Notes under the pieces: model-generated
What the model saw: the letters and a program-made list of their open reading frames with translations, nothing else
Database searches by the model: none
Told to the model about the DNA's origin: nothing
Made by a program: the position numbers and the translations under genes
Source: Antedon mediterranea
Lineage: Eukaryota; Animalia; Echinodermata
Assembly: GCF_964355755.1 (NCBI RefSeq)
Contig: NC_092674.1
Location: 10,850,001-10,914,000 of the forward strand
DNA: 64,000 nt
Reading direction: 5' to 3'
Part shown: in pieces, positions 14,001 through 27,600 of the stretch
How positions within the stretch are numbered: the first letter of the stretch is position 1
Layout: each line of letters begins with the position of its first letter

Positions 14001-15686
14001 ATAGTGCAAAAAAAAAAAAAAAACTAAACCGAAAGGGAATCTGTGGAATGATATGTAGTGGTATATAATGCAATATTTCAAAATTAAATAAATCAAGCTG
14101 GCGGTAGAAAATGATGTACCTCACAACCCCCATCTGTCACCCCATTCCAATCGTCCTGATAATGCTCAATTAGTAAGTAATTAGTCATTAATTTAATTGA
14201 ATTATTATTGTCTTTAGTGACGTTTAATGCTTGTCAGACGTCTCCATATGTGACGTAATTTCCAGACTTTTTGAATATCAATTACAAACATCAGCTTATT
14301 AAGACATGGCTCTTAATCTAGGACGTGCAACGCAAGCAATTTTGACCAATCACAAAACAAAATTCGGATCAAATGCTGCTTGTGATTGGTAAAATTATTT
14401 GCGCTGAGTATGTCCTGCAGTGTGTCCTGTGGTGGAAACCAATGTTGCACGCATAAAACAGAATAATAGCGTAATCTTCCTAATGTTAACAATAAATGTT
14501 GGATATATTAGACACTATTATTTCCTTTCATGAACTTTCACCACGCGTCTGCTGATCGGCTTATTCAATTTCCAGGTGGGGTTAATAACCTTACATAATA
14601 ACGCCTACTAATATAAGTCAAGTTCAAAACTGAACACAACTCTTATTTTTCACAAATATCATCGGGATGTACGATATTGTCCAGTAAAACTTTCTTGTTG
14701 CAACGTGGTGGTATATGAAAATACCACGTTCCACCGCTTTCCATGATGTACAACCTGGGGTGGACCACCAAAATAGGTTACAAGCTTGGGTCTGAAAATA
14801 CATTAATATGTCCTGGAGTAAGTAATAAAGTAGGCCTAGTACATAGTCCGATTTTGAGATCCAGGGTTAGCAAAAATTATCACTGTAACGAAATTAAATG
14901 TCATTTTTTTGGCACTTATTAGTTTAGCTATTAGTGTTTTTCTTCACTTTGTCGTTCTCATTTCCATGACATAAAATAACCACACAATCGTAATAATCAC
15001 CTTGGTTTTCCACATGACATATTATCCGGAAATTAATAAATATTACATCGACAAAAGACAACATGACCATAAACCTCAAGCGCTCTTGTGGTTTTATTTC
15101 AATCATTCTTTCCTGATTCATTAAAACAAAATAATATACAGTCAGTTCAGTAGTAAACTAAATATACTGTATATGCGGTCAATATAGTAATGTCGAAAGG
15201 AAAGTTTTGAATTTAACAAAAAAACGTTAGTGTACACACACCAAACCAGAATCTAATGACTTATATGGTTCCTCAAATAAACATCTTTGCAATCAGGTTG
15301 TGTTGTCTGCACTAGAAAACTTTAACAATTTGCAAGAGTTTGGCAACTAAAGGCTGCATAAGTTTATACGATTTCTGTATATTTGTTTTTCCGTACTTGG
15401 CCGAAGTTTGTCAACAGGTCTACAACTTTGAAACACTTGTCTTGTCAAACTCGAGATTGATAGCAAACTTTACCAAACCTTTGTCTACACTGGTACACTG
15501 ACGTCTATGCTATTTGATTCACAAACCTGAAGGTTGCCAAAGTTTGTAAAAAAACTAATGGTCTACACTAGTAAATTTTGGTAATATTCTTTCTAAACTC
15601 AAACAAACAAAAATTCAGTTTTCCTAGACTAGGCTTAGATTATTTTAATGTGAAAAATAGAAAATATTATTCTATATTATTTACAG

Positions 15687-17278
15687 ATAAATATGAAAAC
15701 GCTGGTGAAATTAAGATGTCATTAAGAAGATGTTCACAGAGAAATCTAGGTTGTTCACACGGCTGTGCGCTGACGTCAAAAGGGTCAGTCTGTGTCTGTC
15801 CATACGGGTTCTCACTGAGTTTCGATAGAAGGACTTGCCTAGGTAAGTAAACAAGATCCCTCTGTGGTTTGAGGTTCAGTAGTTGTGCATTGACGTCTAA
15901 AGAGTCAGTCTGTGTCTGTCCATAAAGGTTCTCAATGAGTGTCGATAGAAGGACTTGCCTAGGTAAGTAAACAAGATCCCTCTGGGGTTTGAGGTTCAGT
16001 AGTTGTGCACTGACGTCAAAGGGATCAGGCTGTGTCTGGCCATACGGGTTCTCAATGAGTGTCAACAGAAGGACTTGCCCAGGTATGTAAACAAGATCCC
16101 TCTGGGGTTTGAGGTTTAGTTAAAAGGATCAGTCTGTGTCTGTACATATGGTTTCGCAATGATTGCAAACATACTTGCCAAGCTAGGCAAGTAAACAAGA
16201 TCTCTGGAGTCTGAGGTTTAGTAGTTGTGCACTGACTTCAAAGTGATCAGTATTTGGTCTATCCATACTAAGTGTTCTCTATGAGTGCCAACAGACGCAC
16301 ACATTTTTCTTGATAAGTAAACACGATTCCTCTGAAGTCTGAGGTTCACTACATAGTCGCTCAACAAGCTCAATTCCCGCTATGACACAACTCAAGGACG
16401 TATGCAAAGTAGTTTGACCAGAGACGACCCCCTGGTTTGACCAATCACAAGCGACATTTTGAATGAAGTAACCAATATTGTTCGCCTTTACTTACACATT
16501 GGCACTTTCTATCAAATTGGGTTTAGTTGGCATTTTGGTTTTAAATGTTTTAATTGTTGTAGCACCCTCTATTGTTTTGCCACTTTTTCATAAATTCTCA
16601 AGTCTAAACTTTAGTGTTTCTTCTCAAGTTGTGACCTTCTGGAAAATGAATCCATTGTTTTACACTCCCTTTCTCTTTTTCAATTATGTAGAAGTAAGCA
16701 AGACCTGTTTAGTGCCAACTGAAAGTTTTGTGCTTGGTTCTGAAGGCTCAGATCATAGCAAAGAAAAACAAAAGAGGCGATGCCGAAACAAAAAGAGGTG
16801 TAGAACTACAACAGCAAGGCCAACACTATCACCAACAACGCAACCATTACCAGTAACCATGCATAATGATGAACCTCAATCAGGGATATCTACAAACACT
16901 CCATCTCAGTCATATGGTATGAGAAATAAAGTTATTTAATAATTCATTTTCAATATTATTTACTTTAGATATTGTTTATAATTATGGAAGATATATACTT
17001 ATCTATAAATTACCTATAAATCTCAAAGTTCTTTTACAAAATAAATAATATTCTCTTTAACTACACTGGAAATATATACTTATATAAATAATTTGATTAA
17101 AATTAATAAATTAATTTAAAACTTTATTGTTACACATTATAATGCAGAAAACATTTAAATATGTAAACAAATAAAATAACAAATAACAAAACAAAAATTT
17201 GATAATAATATTAATTTATAATGTTCATCTATATAAGCAATTTCATATACTATATACTGGGCATAAGTTGAGAACTCC

Positions 17279-17309
<31 letters not shown>

Positions 17310-18523
17310 TATTAACCTTCAACTATCAATATATGCACACTATGAATAAACTAAAACTAAATTCAAGTGGCAAACCCAAATCATCGACAACATAACACCC
17401 AACCCTCACACCTACTACATTTCTGCAAATGCAATGCAATAGATAAAACATTACGTTCATCACTCAATTTAACAATTTTTAGAAACCCTGGACACACTGT
17501 TTTAAATTTTCCTCTGACTAATAAGTGATAACAGATTCCCCATCTAAACAATTAGATTTAGTCTGCATTAAGTACTGAAATATCGTCTTCAATAACTTAT
17601 AACATACTTAAAAATATATTACACTAACTACCATACAATGCATTTTTAGTTACTTATAACCAATTTTATATTAATCATATTTTCATCTAGAATGTGGAAG
17701 ACCAGTTTTCGATCAAGTAGAAAAAATTCTAATGAAAAATAAACAATGGACGCCAGCCCTAGACACCATACAGAAAAGTTCACCTAATTTACAAGCAGCC
17801 AATGGTCATCTGGCAATTAAGGGGTCATCGCCATGGATTGTTCAACTTTGGCACACTAAATTTGTACAAATGATATGTGCAGGGGTACTATTGAATCGTC
17901 ACTGGGTACTAACCGCAGCTCATTGCATCCACACAACAAACGGAACCAAGCAGACATTGCGAGTACAACTGGGAGATCATGACTTGGAATTACCAGAGGT
18001 TGGTCAAAGAACGTACAATATCCGAGAGGTCATAGTTCATGAAAACTTCAATAATGACACTTTCGATAATGATATTGTACTTTTAAAGATAGAGGGCAGT
18101 ATTGACTATTCAAATTTCATCATCCCTTGCTGTTTGCCAGAATTAAACGAACATGAACTAGAATTATTTAATTCTGGAGAATTTGGAAAGGTTGTCGGAT
18201 GGGGAAAACTTTCGCAAAACGGACCGTACCCACGATATTTAAATGAGATTCAATTGCCAATTGTATCACAAAAAATATGTAGGGAATCAACCTCGTATCC
18301 TGTAACAGATAATATGTTTTGTGCTGGAAATGGTCGGGCTAAAGGACCAGATGCGTGTACAGGGGACAGTGGCGCCCCCTTAACTATAAATGACGGAAGT
18401 GCAGCATATCTTATAGGGATTGTAAGCTGGGGAGAAGGGTGCGGTAATGAGGGCAAATATGGGTTCTATACCAGAATAAGTAACTACTACAGTTGGTTGG
18501 AGCAACATATGGGACCCTTATAG
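15687..18523 (+). CDS. EGF-domain trypsin-like (S1A) serine protease, coagulation factor-like; 5' exon(s) not identified
   Basis: Exons 15687-15842 (EGF: CSQRNLGCSHGCALTSKGSVCVCPYGFSLSFDRRTC), 16692-16916 (basic plus T/P/S linker) and 17691-18523 (CGR + protease); all introns phase 1. Triad motifs LTAAHC, DNDIVLL and GDSGAP; S1 Asp in PDAC; SWGEGC and KYGFYT. Confidence 0.88.
15764..16350 (+). repeat. ~120-bp tandem repeat (~5 decaying copies) made of the EGF exon 3' half plus its donor site
   Basis: TGTGC.CTGACGTC...AGGACTTGCCTAG|GTAAGTAAACAAGATCCCTCTG...GAGGTTCAGTAGT starts at 15764, 15884 and 16004, with degenerate copies to about 16350. Confidence 0.9.
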
Positions 18524-20063
18524 ATGTAAATTCCAAAACACTTTAAATACATATTACTAAAACATTCATATTGTTTGTATTTTAAACGGTTGTTCTAAAT
18601 GTAATGTTAATAACTAGGTCTAAGTACTGTATGTTAGACCTTAACAAATAAGTTTGAAAGGCAGGAAGAACTTTTTTGTTTCTTTAAAAAAAATGTTTAT
18701 GTATAGAAAATCAGCATCTGTATTGTATTGTAAGTTGCCATACTTTTTTTTCCTGAATTTATTAATCTTATCAGTAATTGTAAAAATGATGGAGTGCTTC
18801 CACTGCTTAATAATTATTATATATTATATTATAATATTCAGTACACAAATAAATGTATGAAAATATTTTATATTTGTGTATATTTACAGCTAACTTACTA
18901 CACCCCATCATACTAAAAATAACTAACCAATCCTTGGTGGCCGAGTGACGATGTTTTCTTGGTCAACAAATATTCGGACACGATTTGTAACAAAGTCTGC
19001 AGTTACTGCTGAATCAGCTGGTATAATATAAACCTGACGATGAAAAAAACAGTCAGTCATAAGAACAATGCATGGTGGATTATGATATCATTTTATTTCC
19101 TATGTTTAATAAACTGTAAAAATTGCAGTTACTGATTATTACTGATTTTCCTGTATGCTGTTTGACCCTTAGTGTAAATATGTACTGTACCACTAGCCCA
19201 CTCGATAATAATTCACTATATAAACTACAGTAGCTTAAATGTAATAGGCCTAAAATGATTTATTTAAAAATGTAAATGTATGAGCATAACATGTTTCTCG
19301 CAGACTAACTGAGCTGAATTGCGCAAGTGTGGGCTGTGTACACAACAGTACTCATGTCTTTTAAATTAAACAGGACAGGGGATGAGAGGGACCAGTACAC
19401 TAGGGTAACAATACCTACCCTTCCAAAAGATGCACTGGGTTCACGCGTTACATTGTGTACATTTATGATGTTGACAGAACGTAATTGTTTTATGAGAACT
19501 TTGATCCAAAATTTCCAACTATTTCATTCAAAATCTAAAAACGTCACAGGAAACAAACATTTTTTTTTTATGGTTTGTGGTTACAATATAATATTAACAT
19601 ATTTAAAATTTGCTTATCTTATCTAACAATTTTCTATGAATCTAAATTGCCAAATATTTGTTTAAAAAAATAGAATTTTGGGAATATGTCATTTAATTTT
19701 GATTGATTTATAATCTGTATTTTGGCATCTGCAATGGGCCTCTCTTCTGCGTTGTAAAGAAACTCACTCATGTTGATAAAAACAATTTATAATCAAAATG
19801 ATTAGCCTATTATTTTTTCCCAATGAATAAAGAATACTACTGTAGCCCCACAAAAGCATACTCTATATTTAGCAGATGTCTCCATTTAGAAAAATTAAAT
19901 ATAGGCGTATCCAACTTGTATTTTTTTAGGAGATCTACTCCTTGACTCCAGCAGTTTTAGGAGTTTTTTGGAAGCGACCAGTTGAATATGCATATTAGAC
20001 TCTGAAGGAGGGCGCTATTATAAAAAATATCAGGTATAAGTATCTATAGTAAACAATTGTTTT

Positions 20064-20228
20064 ACAGTTTTTCCATTAAGTACTTATTTAACGGAGTATT
20101 TTGAGCGTTGAGATTGTTCTTAACGAAAAACCTTGCGTTGTCAACGTTTTCTATTTGAATGACTTTCTGTTGAGCACAAATTTACAATTCGAATACAAAA
20201 AGTACTCAACGAATCTTTATGTTAACAA
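20064..20228. repeat. Dispersed repeat with an inverted copy at about 29198-29361
   Basis: AACGGAGTATTTTGAGCGTTGAGATTG...GTACTCAACGAATCTTTA is the reverse complement of the 29.2-29.36 kb segment. Confidence 0.8.
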
Positions 20229-21470
20229 CGAAAGTTCCCATTCGGAGCTTTCTAACATAATGTCAATATGAAAGAAATCTAGTAATAGAGCATCAATTTA
20301 TGCTATATCTTGATATATTTTAGTATATCCAAAAAAAAAAAGAATTGATAATAATCTCGCAATTTATATTGAGAAACTTAGAAGAAAGAAAAAAAAGAGA
20401 GTTACCTTTAAGTTTGGATAATCATTAAGTATTTGACTTCTTGCTACATCACCTGTCTGTGGAAAAAAACATGCATTTTTTATTGTACTATAATAACACA
20501 CAAATTTATAACTTAAAGTTGCAATAACGTATAACGTAATTATTTTACCGTTCCATGCACTATAGAACACAAGGGATTTCCATATAATATATGTGGAGGC
20601 CTTTTAAAATACCGTAGGCCTCAGTATATTATTTTAAACTAATCTAATTGCTACTAAAACAAGGTAGCAAATAGACAAACACTGTATCCAAAATACAAAT
20701 TATAGTCTAGATACACCTGACATTTTATGTACAGAATTATTTAGAAAATCTTTAGTTTTTTTTGTTTATCCAGTAGAACCTCTGTTATGGGGGGGGGGGG
20801 GGGTTACATCAAAGTGTCCCCTTAATAGGAGTGTCCCCTGAATGTACAAATGTAAGTTTGAAATAATATAATAAAATTCATTCGTGGAATACCTCTCTGA
20901 CAACCAGAATTACCCCAACAAGTCTGTGATTAAAACTGCTGTGATGAAAATATACATACCTCTCCAACTAACTCTGGCCATTCTGTTTGCCGACCTCCTC
21001 CACTACAACAACAGTAAGATATGTCTATATGTATCACAACAAGTAAGTACAAAAACAAAAGGCGTATCTGTAACCTCATCATAAACTCTCAGGTTGATCG
21101 TCAATTACTTGAGTGAAAATGCATTTGGATACGTAAAGGATCATCCAATGCTTACAAGTTTGTCTTCACTGCTGATGCAAAGAAGAAAAAAACAATGTGT
21201 TACACAATCTGGCGTAGATACTTTCAGGCAAGAGTGAGCAATCGATTGAGCGAAATGGGAATGTGTGAGTCTTTCAACCATTAAAAATTGCAACAATAAA
21301 CAAACGTTCAGATTACCGAGCGATTAAATTACAAGACTTATCTAGACTAGAATTATCATAACCAGTTTAATAGGTTTTTTATTCATACAAGAAATAAAAA
21401 TTCCAGAACTCGAAATTACAAACTTATTTTATAATCATGTATGATTCCACCAAACTTTCAAGTTAAAATC

Positions 21471-21827
21471 ACGATTGTGAGGCATTTCATGAATAGGCAA
21501 ACTGCCTTAAAATATCTTGATATGTTTTGAGAAACTATTCTCATCATCAGAACAGAAAACAACGCCTACCACATCACGTGGAGGAAACCTTCCTTGAACA
21601 AACAAATCTATAACTTAGGCGTCACGCTTGCCATACGATTGTTTGTTGTCCATGTTCCTTGGTTTTTTTTATCATGCTAATTACTTCCCATTTACATACA
21701 ACCTGTCATATTGGTATAAGTACTCTACTAGGCGTTGTTTTCTGTTCTGATGATGAGAATAGTTTCTTGAAATATATCAAAGACATTTTAAGGCAGTTTG
21801 CCTATTCATCAAATGCCTCACAATCGT
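21471..21827 (+). mobile_element. Penelope-like retroelement (PLE) relic: GIY-YIG C-terminus, 3' terminal repeat and inverted terminal repeat copy
   Basis: ~97-bp inverted arms (21471-21568 and 21729-21827). Positions 21564-21635 translate to AYHITWRKPSLNKQIYNLGVTLAI, resembling the 'EalhI...kPsLNkQ' end of PLE endonucleases. Each arm contains a hammerhead-like core. Confidence 0.7.
21735..21785 (+). ncRNA. Degenerate minimal type I hammerhead ribozyme motif (second copy on - strand at about 21512-21562)
   Basis: CTGATGA-T-[GAGAA TAGT TTCTT]-GAAA-TATA-TC: core boxes, stem II and a palindromic mini stem III. The other arm reads CTGATGATGAGAATAGTTTCTCAAAACATATC. Confidence 0.55.
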
Positions 21828-23569
21828 TATTTTATAATACTTGTACTGTTAAGTTTATATTTGACTGCACCACACCACATTTAAGTGCCCCGTTCTAAAG
21901 GTGAAGTGTCTGAAATAAGTAAATAATTATAATAAACCCCGACGATACAAGCTTAAAACATAACTTGTTTTTACCCAAGGTTAAGAGATAGTATTTCTAA
22001 ATATACCAAAATGTAAAATTATGAATACGATTTTATTGCAAATTTTATTGCAGATTTTACCTGGTGATGGTAAGGATTTGAACTTGAATGTGCTATTTAA
22101 TCTGGGAAAGGAGTAACTACATGGATAAAATTAAATGAAATATAATTTCATACTTTGTTTTGAGGCAAATAAATATATAACGCTTTACAGTCTTTTAGTC
22201 TCGTTGGATATCATCTGAATAAACAGCATTCCATGAAAATTTAATTACTGAAAGCTAAACCACATCCAGGCAGAAGATAATTAATTGCTGTATTAAAGGA
22301 TGAAGTAAGGCAGCATATGACGCAACCCACTGCACATGTGATATCAAGTTTGTTGTTATTGTTATTTCAGCAGGGCTAGGGAATAGATTGTATTGGTTCT
22401 CGATGCTTTGTAGTAAACAGATACATTCAACACCAATTCAAGAATCAATTATCTTGTTACGTACACAACCGTTTATGAAAATAATCCTTGTTTTATTATT
22501 CAAAGAGTTTTACATTGCAACAAAACTCCAGAGCCACTCCAGAGTTTACATACAGGCACTGGCCTGTTTGGTGGGAATTTAAAAAAACAAATAATTCCAG
22601 AAGTATGTCTAATGTCTTATAGCGTGCATATTTTGAGGAAAACATTTCAGCATCATGGGGCAGTAGCATATAAACAATTTACTGAAAACTCAACTATTTA
22701 ATGTGATGTATTTTTTATTTTCAGTATATTGATATTAACACCGTGGTTTTTTTATCAGAAGGTGTATACATTTATGTTCTATATGCTAAAGCTACAAAAC
22801 AATATGTTCTTAGAATCAAGTTATTGTAATATTTTTATAGATGTTGATGCTTTTCTATTTTATTTATTCATTTATTTGAACTACCCTGTTTTATCGGTGG
22901 CAATCAACAACAATGCAATGTTTTTATGATACTGATTTAGTTTCTTTTCCAGAATAATGGACGAACATTGACCATGATCCACTCTATTAAAATAGCAAAT
23001 CCAAATTACAGTATTTGTCACCAAACAAACCTACAGACTCTAATCTTTCTATCAGAGAACAATTTTAAGTTAAGTCTGGATAAACAAGATGAGATAACTA
23101 TATATGATATTGTCAATATTTATTGAGGTTTGAAACATCCACTTACGTGTCACCAGTACCGATTAGTTCAGACTTCATGGCGAATGGATGTAGACGATTA
23201 AAGTGATAACATTCTACTGTACCACATTGAGAATCATTGCTATCCAATCAGATTTTAACGTACGAAGAAAAGGGCCTGTTCAGACATAACATGGAGTTAT
23301 GCCTTCATATCGACGCGGCATACAATTCAATAGGTCTGAACCAGAAAAAGATTAGTGGAAGCCATCTCCTACGGCAGTGATCTTTTGTACAAGAATAGTG
23401 TGACACTTATGATACGAAAGTTATGCATCAATGACTGCCCACCAAAATCAAATTTACTCTTACTGTACATACCAGATGTTATGTGACCTTGCTAGAGATG
23501 AAACGAATCTGAACGTACCAAGAGTAGGCTGTTGGCTGTAAATTTTTTCAGTCTCACAGACTTTACCTG

Positions 23570-23695
23570 GCCCTGCGGTTTATAGTCGTTATCTGAGAAG
23601 AGTTGTTAACCATGAAGCGAGTGAGCCTCGAACCCTTGTCGATATTATGGCTATGTATTAAGGTTCCTCTGTCTTAATCGCTCAGTCACTCACCT
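23570..23695 (-). mobile_element. Degenerate 5' part of the same tRNA-derived SINE family
   Basis: GGTTTATAGTCGTTATCTGAGAAG...GAGCCTCGAACCC...CTGTCTTAATCGCTCAGTCACTCAC aligns with 42450-42581. Confidence 0.75.
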
Positions 23696-24612
23696 GCAAG
23701 TCTCCACCAATCACAGCGTCCCTTTCTCTTACCTAGGCCCATTAAATACATTTGGGTCACCAACCCGAAAGTTAAATAACACTTTTTTCAAACAGATTAA
23801 CGATTATATTTGCCAATATAATTCTTGTGTGAGCCTTTAATTCAATTTGCATTGGTATTAGGAACAGCTTTCAAATTAAAACAAAAAGTCTGTTTTTGCA
23901 AAAACAAAACATTTATTCATACCACATTTTTATTATTGCAATCATCAATTGATTTTTAAAGAATAATCTAAAGAATCACTGACAAATTTAGTGTATAAAT
24001 TATAAATTCATAAAATAAAAATATAAGATTTAACAATTTAAAAAATCTATTATTAATTACAATTTGCAAAAGTTGGTTGTGTGTAAACTACAAATAATAT
24101 ATAATCTGCAACATTTCAGACATAAATGTTATTTTTGGTTTACCCACAATTCACTTTCCTATGAAAAACTAAACAAAATGTATTATTACATAATATCTAA
24201 TTCTTTGAAATTTCCATGTACTGTATAATAAAATTAGCACCCATTATCACTCTATTCAAAATTATATCCTTGTTGGTCCAATTATAATTATATCAAAATA
24301 TATCTGCTCAAAATTACACAATTGTATATAATTATTATCAATATATCTTATATTTCGTTATACTGTATGATCTAAAATAATCTAGTCTAGACTCTATTTG
24401 ATAGTTCCGTCAAGAATAATAATTCTTCCATGTACTTTTGTTATGAAATATATTGAGTGATTGATTGATTTAACGGTCAAGATTTCCCATGTAGCATTTG
24501 TATACAAATGTTGTTTGATTGTTTGGTTTAATATAGTTTATATAGTTATATAATCTTTAGTGTGAATTAAGAATATTTATAAATTCTTGTGCTGTCCACA
24601 GAGTGTTGATCT

Positions 24613-27600
24613 TTAACCGGTTTTCGGTGGACGAACAACAACTTGATTATCATCAACGAAGATTCTCACACGATCTTCTCTAAAGTCCATTGTCATCATG
24701 TCGTCTTTATTAAGAATGACAATCTTTAGAATAAATAAATGAAATGTCATAACAAAATACAAAGAACCTGGCTAAAAAAGGTTTGTTCTTGTTAATGACA
24801 TAGAAATAAGGAATGTTTGTTTGCTGAATTGTGAACATATTTCATGAGTTGGAATTTAACGAGAAGAAGCCGAGTTAAATGAGGTAGTCCAGACAAAATT
24901 GACAGATGGTTAGTAAATAACGTGGAGATAAAAAAGTTCTTGATTCATTAATTATTAATATTAAATCAATAATTATGTAAATCCAGATGTAGATAAATCA
25001 CTTTTGTGATAGCATACTATATATCAAAATGTGAATAAATGGTATGAAACAGCTTACTTCAGTATGCTAAAATTCTACAGTACTTCAATTGGACACCCTC
25101 ACTCACTTTTTAGACCTAATAATTGATTTTTAAGAGAAAAACTGTTCAAAATGATTTGTAATACTGACCTTCAGCTCTGGGCGTTCCTTAGAAATAAACT
25201 TCTGAGCTTCCTCACCTTTCTGTGAAAATTAAATTTGATTGAAATGAATGAATCCAGATCAAATGTCATACCATAGCTCTAAACCTAAACCCTAACCATT
25301 TGATTTTGATTTGATTTATTTTGGCATCAGTACATAAAATATCACAGACATACAATTAAAATTGGTAAATATAAAAATACCAAAATAAAACAAGGATGCC
25401 AAGGATAACTCATAAAAGTCCTCTACGGACTTGTTTCCAATGAGGTCCTTTGAAAGAACAGCAAAAAAGACAAACAAAGCAACATATAAAAAAACAAAAA
25501 ACAGCAAAAAGGACAATCGAAAAAAGAAGAAGCGCTAATTAAATAGTTTCTAGAGCTAGTGAACGTTCCTGTAGATACTTTTTAACTTTACTTTTAAAAC
25601 AATAAACAGTTTGTGATTCCTTAATGTTAATTGGTAAATTATTCCATTCTTTAATAGCATTGTAAAAAAAGGTCACATGTGCCATTGGCTTGATAGTTGG
25701 GATTCTAAAATTAAAATTGCATCCCCTAGTATTGTAATTATGACTGTCTGAAATTCTAATAAAACGATTGCATAAATAAGGTGGACAACAATGATTATAT
25801 ATTTTAAAAACATGACAGACTCTAAGAAATTCGACACGGTCTTGGACTTTTAACATACCAACATCGTTTAGCTGAGATTGACCAACATGAGATCGGGGAC
25901 CTAACTTTTTTATAAAACGAACCATTTTGTTTTGAGTCGTTTGTAATTTTGATTTTAAATTTTTATTTACCGTAGAAGACCATGAGCAAACCGAATAATC
26001 GAACATCAGTTGGATTAAAGCAAAACTAAGAATTTTGCGACAATGAGAATTAAGAAATGATGATTGTCGGTACAGAAATTTCAGTCTGCCGTTTGCTTTG
26101 TTTATAACAGAGCGGGCAATGACGTCACCTGATACATTTTGGTCAATCTCAATACCTAGATATTTGATAGATTTTGATCCATTTATAGTCGTTCCAAAGC
26201 AATCAATATAGAATTTGTTTACTTTGCTTAATCTACGTTTAGAACCAAACAGGATGCATTCGGTCTTACCCATATGAAGCGAAAGTTGATTGTCGATCAG
26301 CCAATTATTGCATGATACGAGATTGTTTTGGAGTTTAGATTGGATTGCGACTGGATCTTTATGGGAGTAAAAAATTGCACAATCGTCAGCGTACAAAACA
26401 ACTTTACAATCACTTTCGATACTTGATGGTAGGTCATTCACGTAAATAAGAAACAAGAGAGGACCCAAAAGGCTACCCTGGGGGACTCCACATACAATGT
26501 CAATAGAGTCCGATTTGGTACCTTTAATATCGACAATCTGATTTCGCCCAGACAGATACGCTTGAAACCAACCGATAGACCGGCATCCTACTGTAGATAC
26601 TTAAGTTTTTTACACAAAATATCATGATTGACCGAGTCAAAGGCCTTTTGGACATCGAGTAAAACCATACCCGTAAATAAACCATTTGACATTTGAACTC
26701 TAAGGTGATCTCTAAGATGGATAAGACATGTGTCGGTAGAAAAAACATTTCAAAATTGTAATCAACTTTTGGATGGATGTCGCACGCAAATTACAATATG
26801 CTGTCCTGAACATGGTTCTGCGTGCAATTGGAACACATAGTGTAACAAATGAACGTATGAATACAGACTGAGAACCTACTGTACGTTGGAAATAAAGAAA
26901 TAGGCCGGTTGGGTAGCTGAATGGGTAGTGCCTGGGTTTTGCAATGTAATGCTTTAGCATTAGGGTAGGGTTCGAAACTCATTGTTGGTCTTTTTTTGTT
27001 TTTTTTTTACTCACCATCTTCTTTATTGACCATATTGATCATCTTTTCTCACCATTTTCCTAAAGGGATGTTTTTTCTTTAGGTTACGAGGGCCATAGGC
27101 CCGATCGGGTCAATAGGCATAGATATAGAATCTAGCTTGGATCTACGACTAGACGTAGATGCATCCACTGCCTTTTAAAAATATGGGGTGGGGGGGAGAC
27201 AAGCTCCTAAAATAGGCCTATCCTTTTTTTACGGTCTTTGTTATTTGGTTATTTTCAGATTTAAAATGTTTACAATGCCCAGCACAAGAATATTACAGTG
27301 CGTATAATAGAGGTTTAGACTATGGATGGTGGTGACTTATTGTTTAGAAAACCTACTAACTAGCCAGCTAGCCTATGATGCATGTTAAATTAAATAGGCC
27401 TGTCACGATAAATATGGTCCGGGGCCAAAATCGGTCCGGCCGGACCAGTTTTGGTCACTGCCAAAATCGGTCCGGGCTTTTCTTCTGTCGATTTTAATTG
27501 AATTACTAACTGTTTTAAGTTGTTTTTATGGCTAGAAAAATATTCCATGATATAATAGTAAGTTTTATCTTGTCGGATAAATACTAAAAATAAATGTATT

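Noticed and set aside
14640-14823. Candidate first exon of the protease (donor GGA|GTAAGT)
   Set aside because: The phase-compatible frame gives only MSW after a stop with no signal peptide, and the longer frame is out of phase with the EGF exon; it cannot be supported without transcripts.
15667-16065. 132-aa minus-strand ORF with internal repeats
   Set aside because: It is an antisense reading of the EGF exon and its 120-bp tandem copies.
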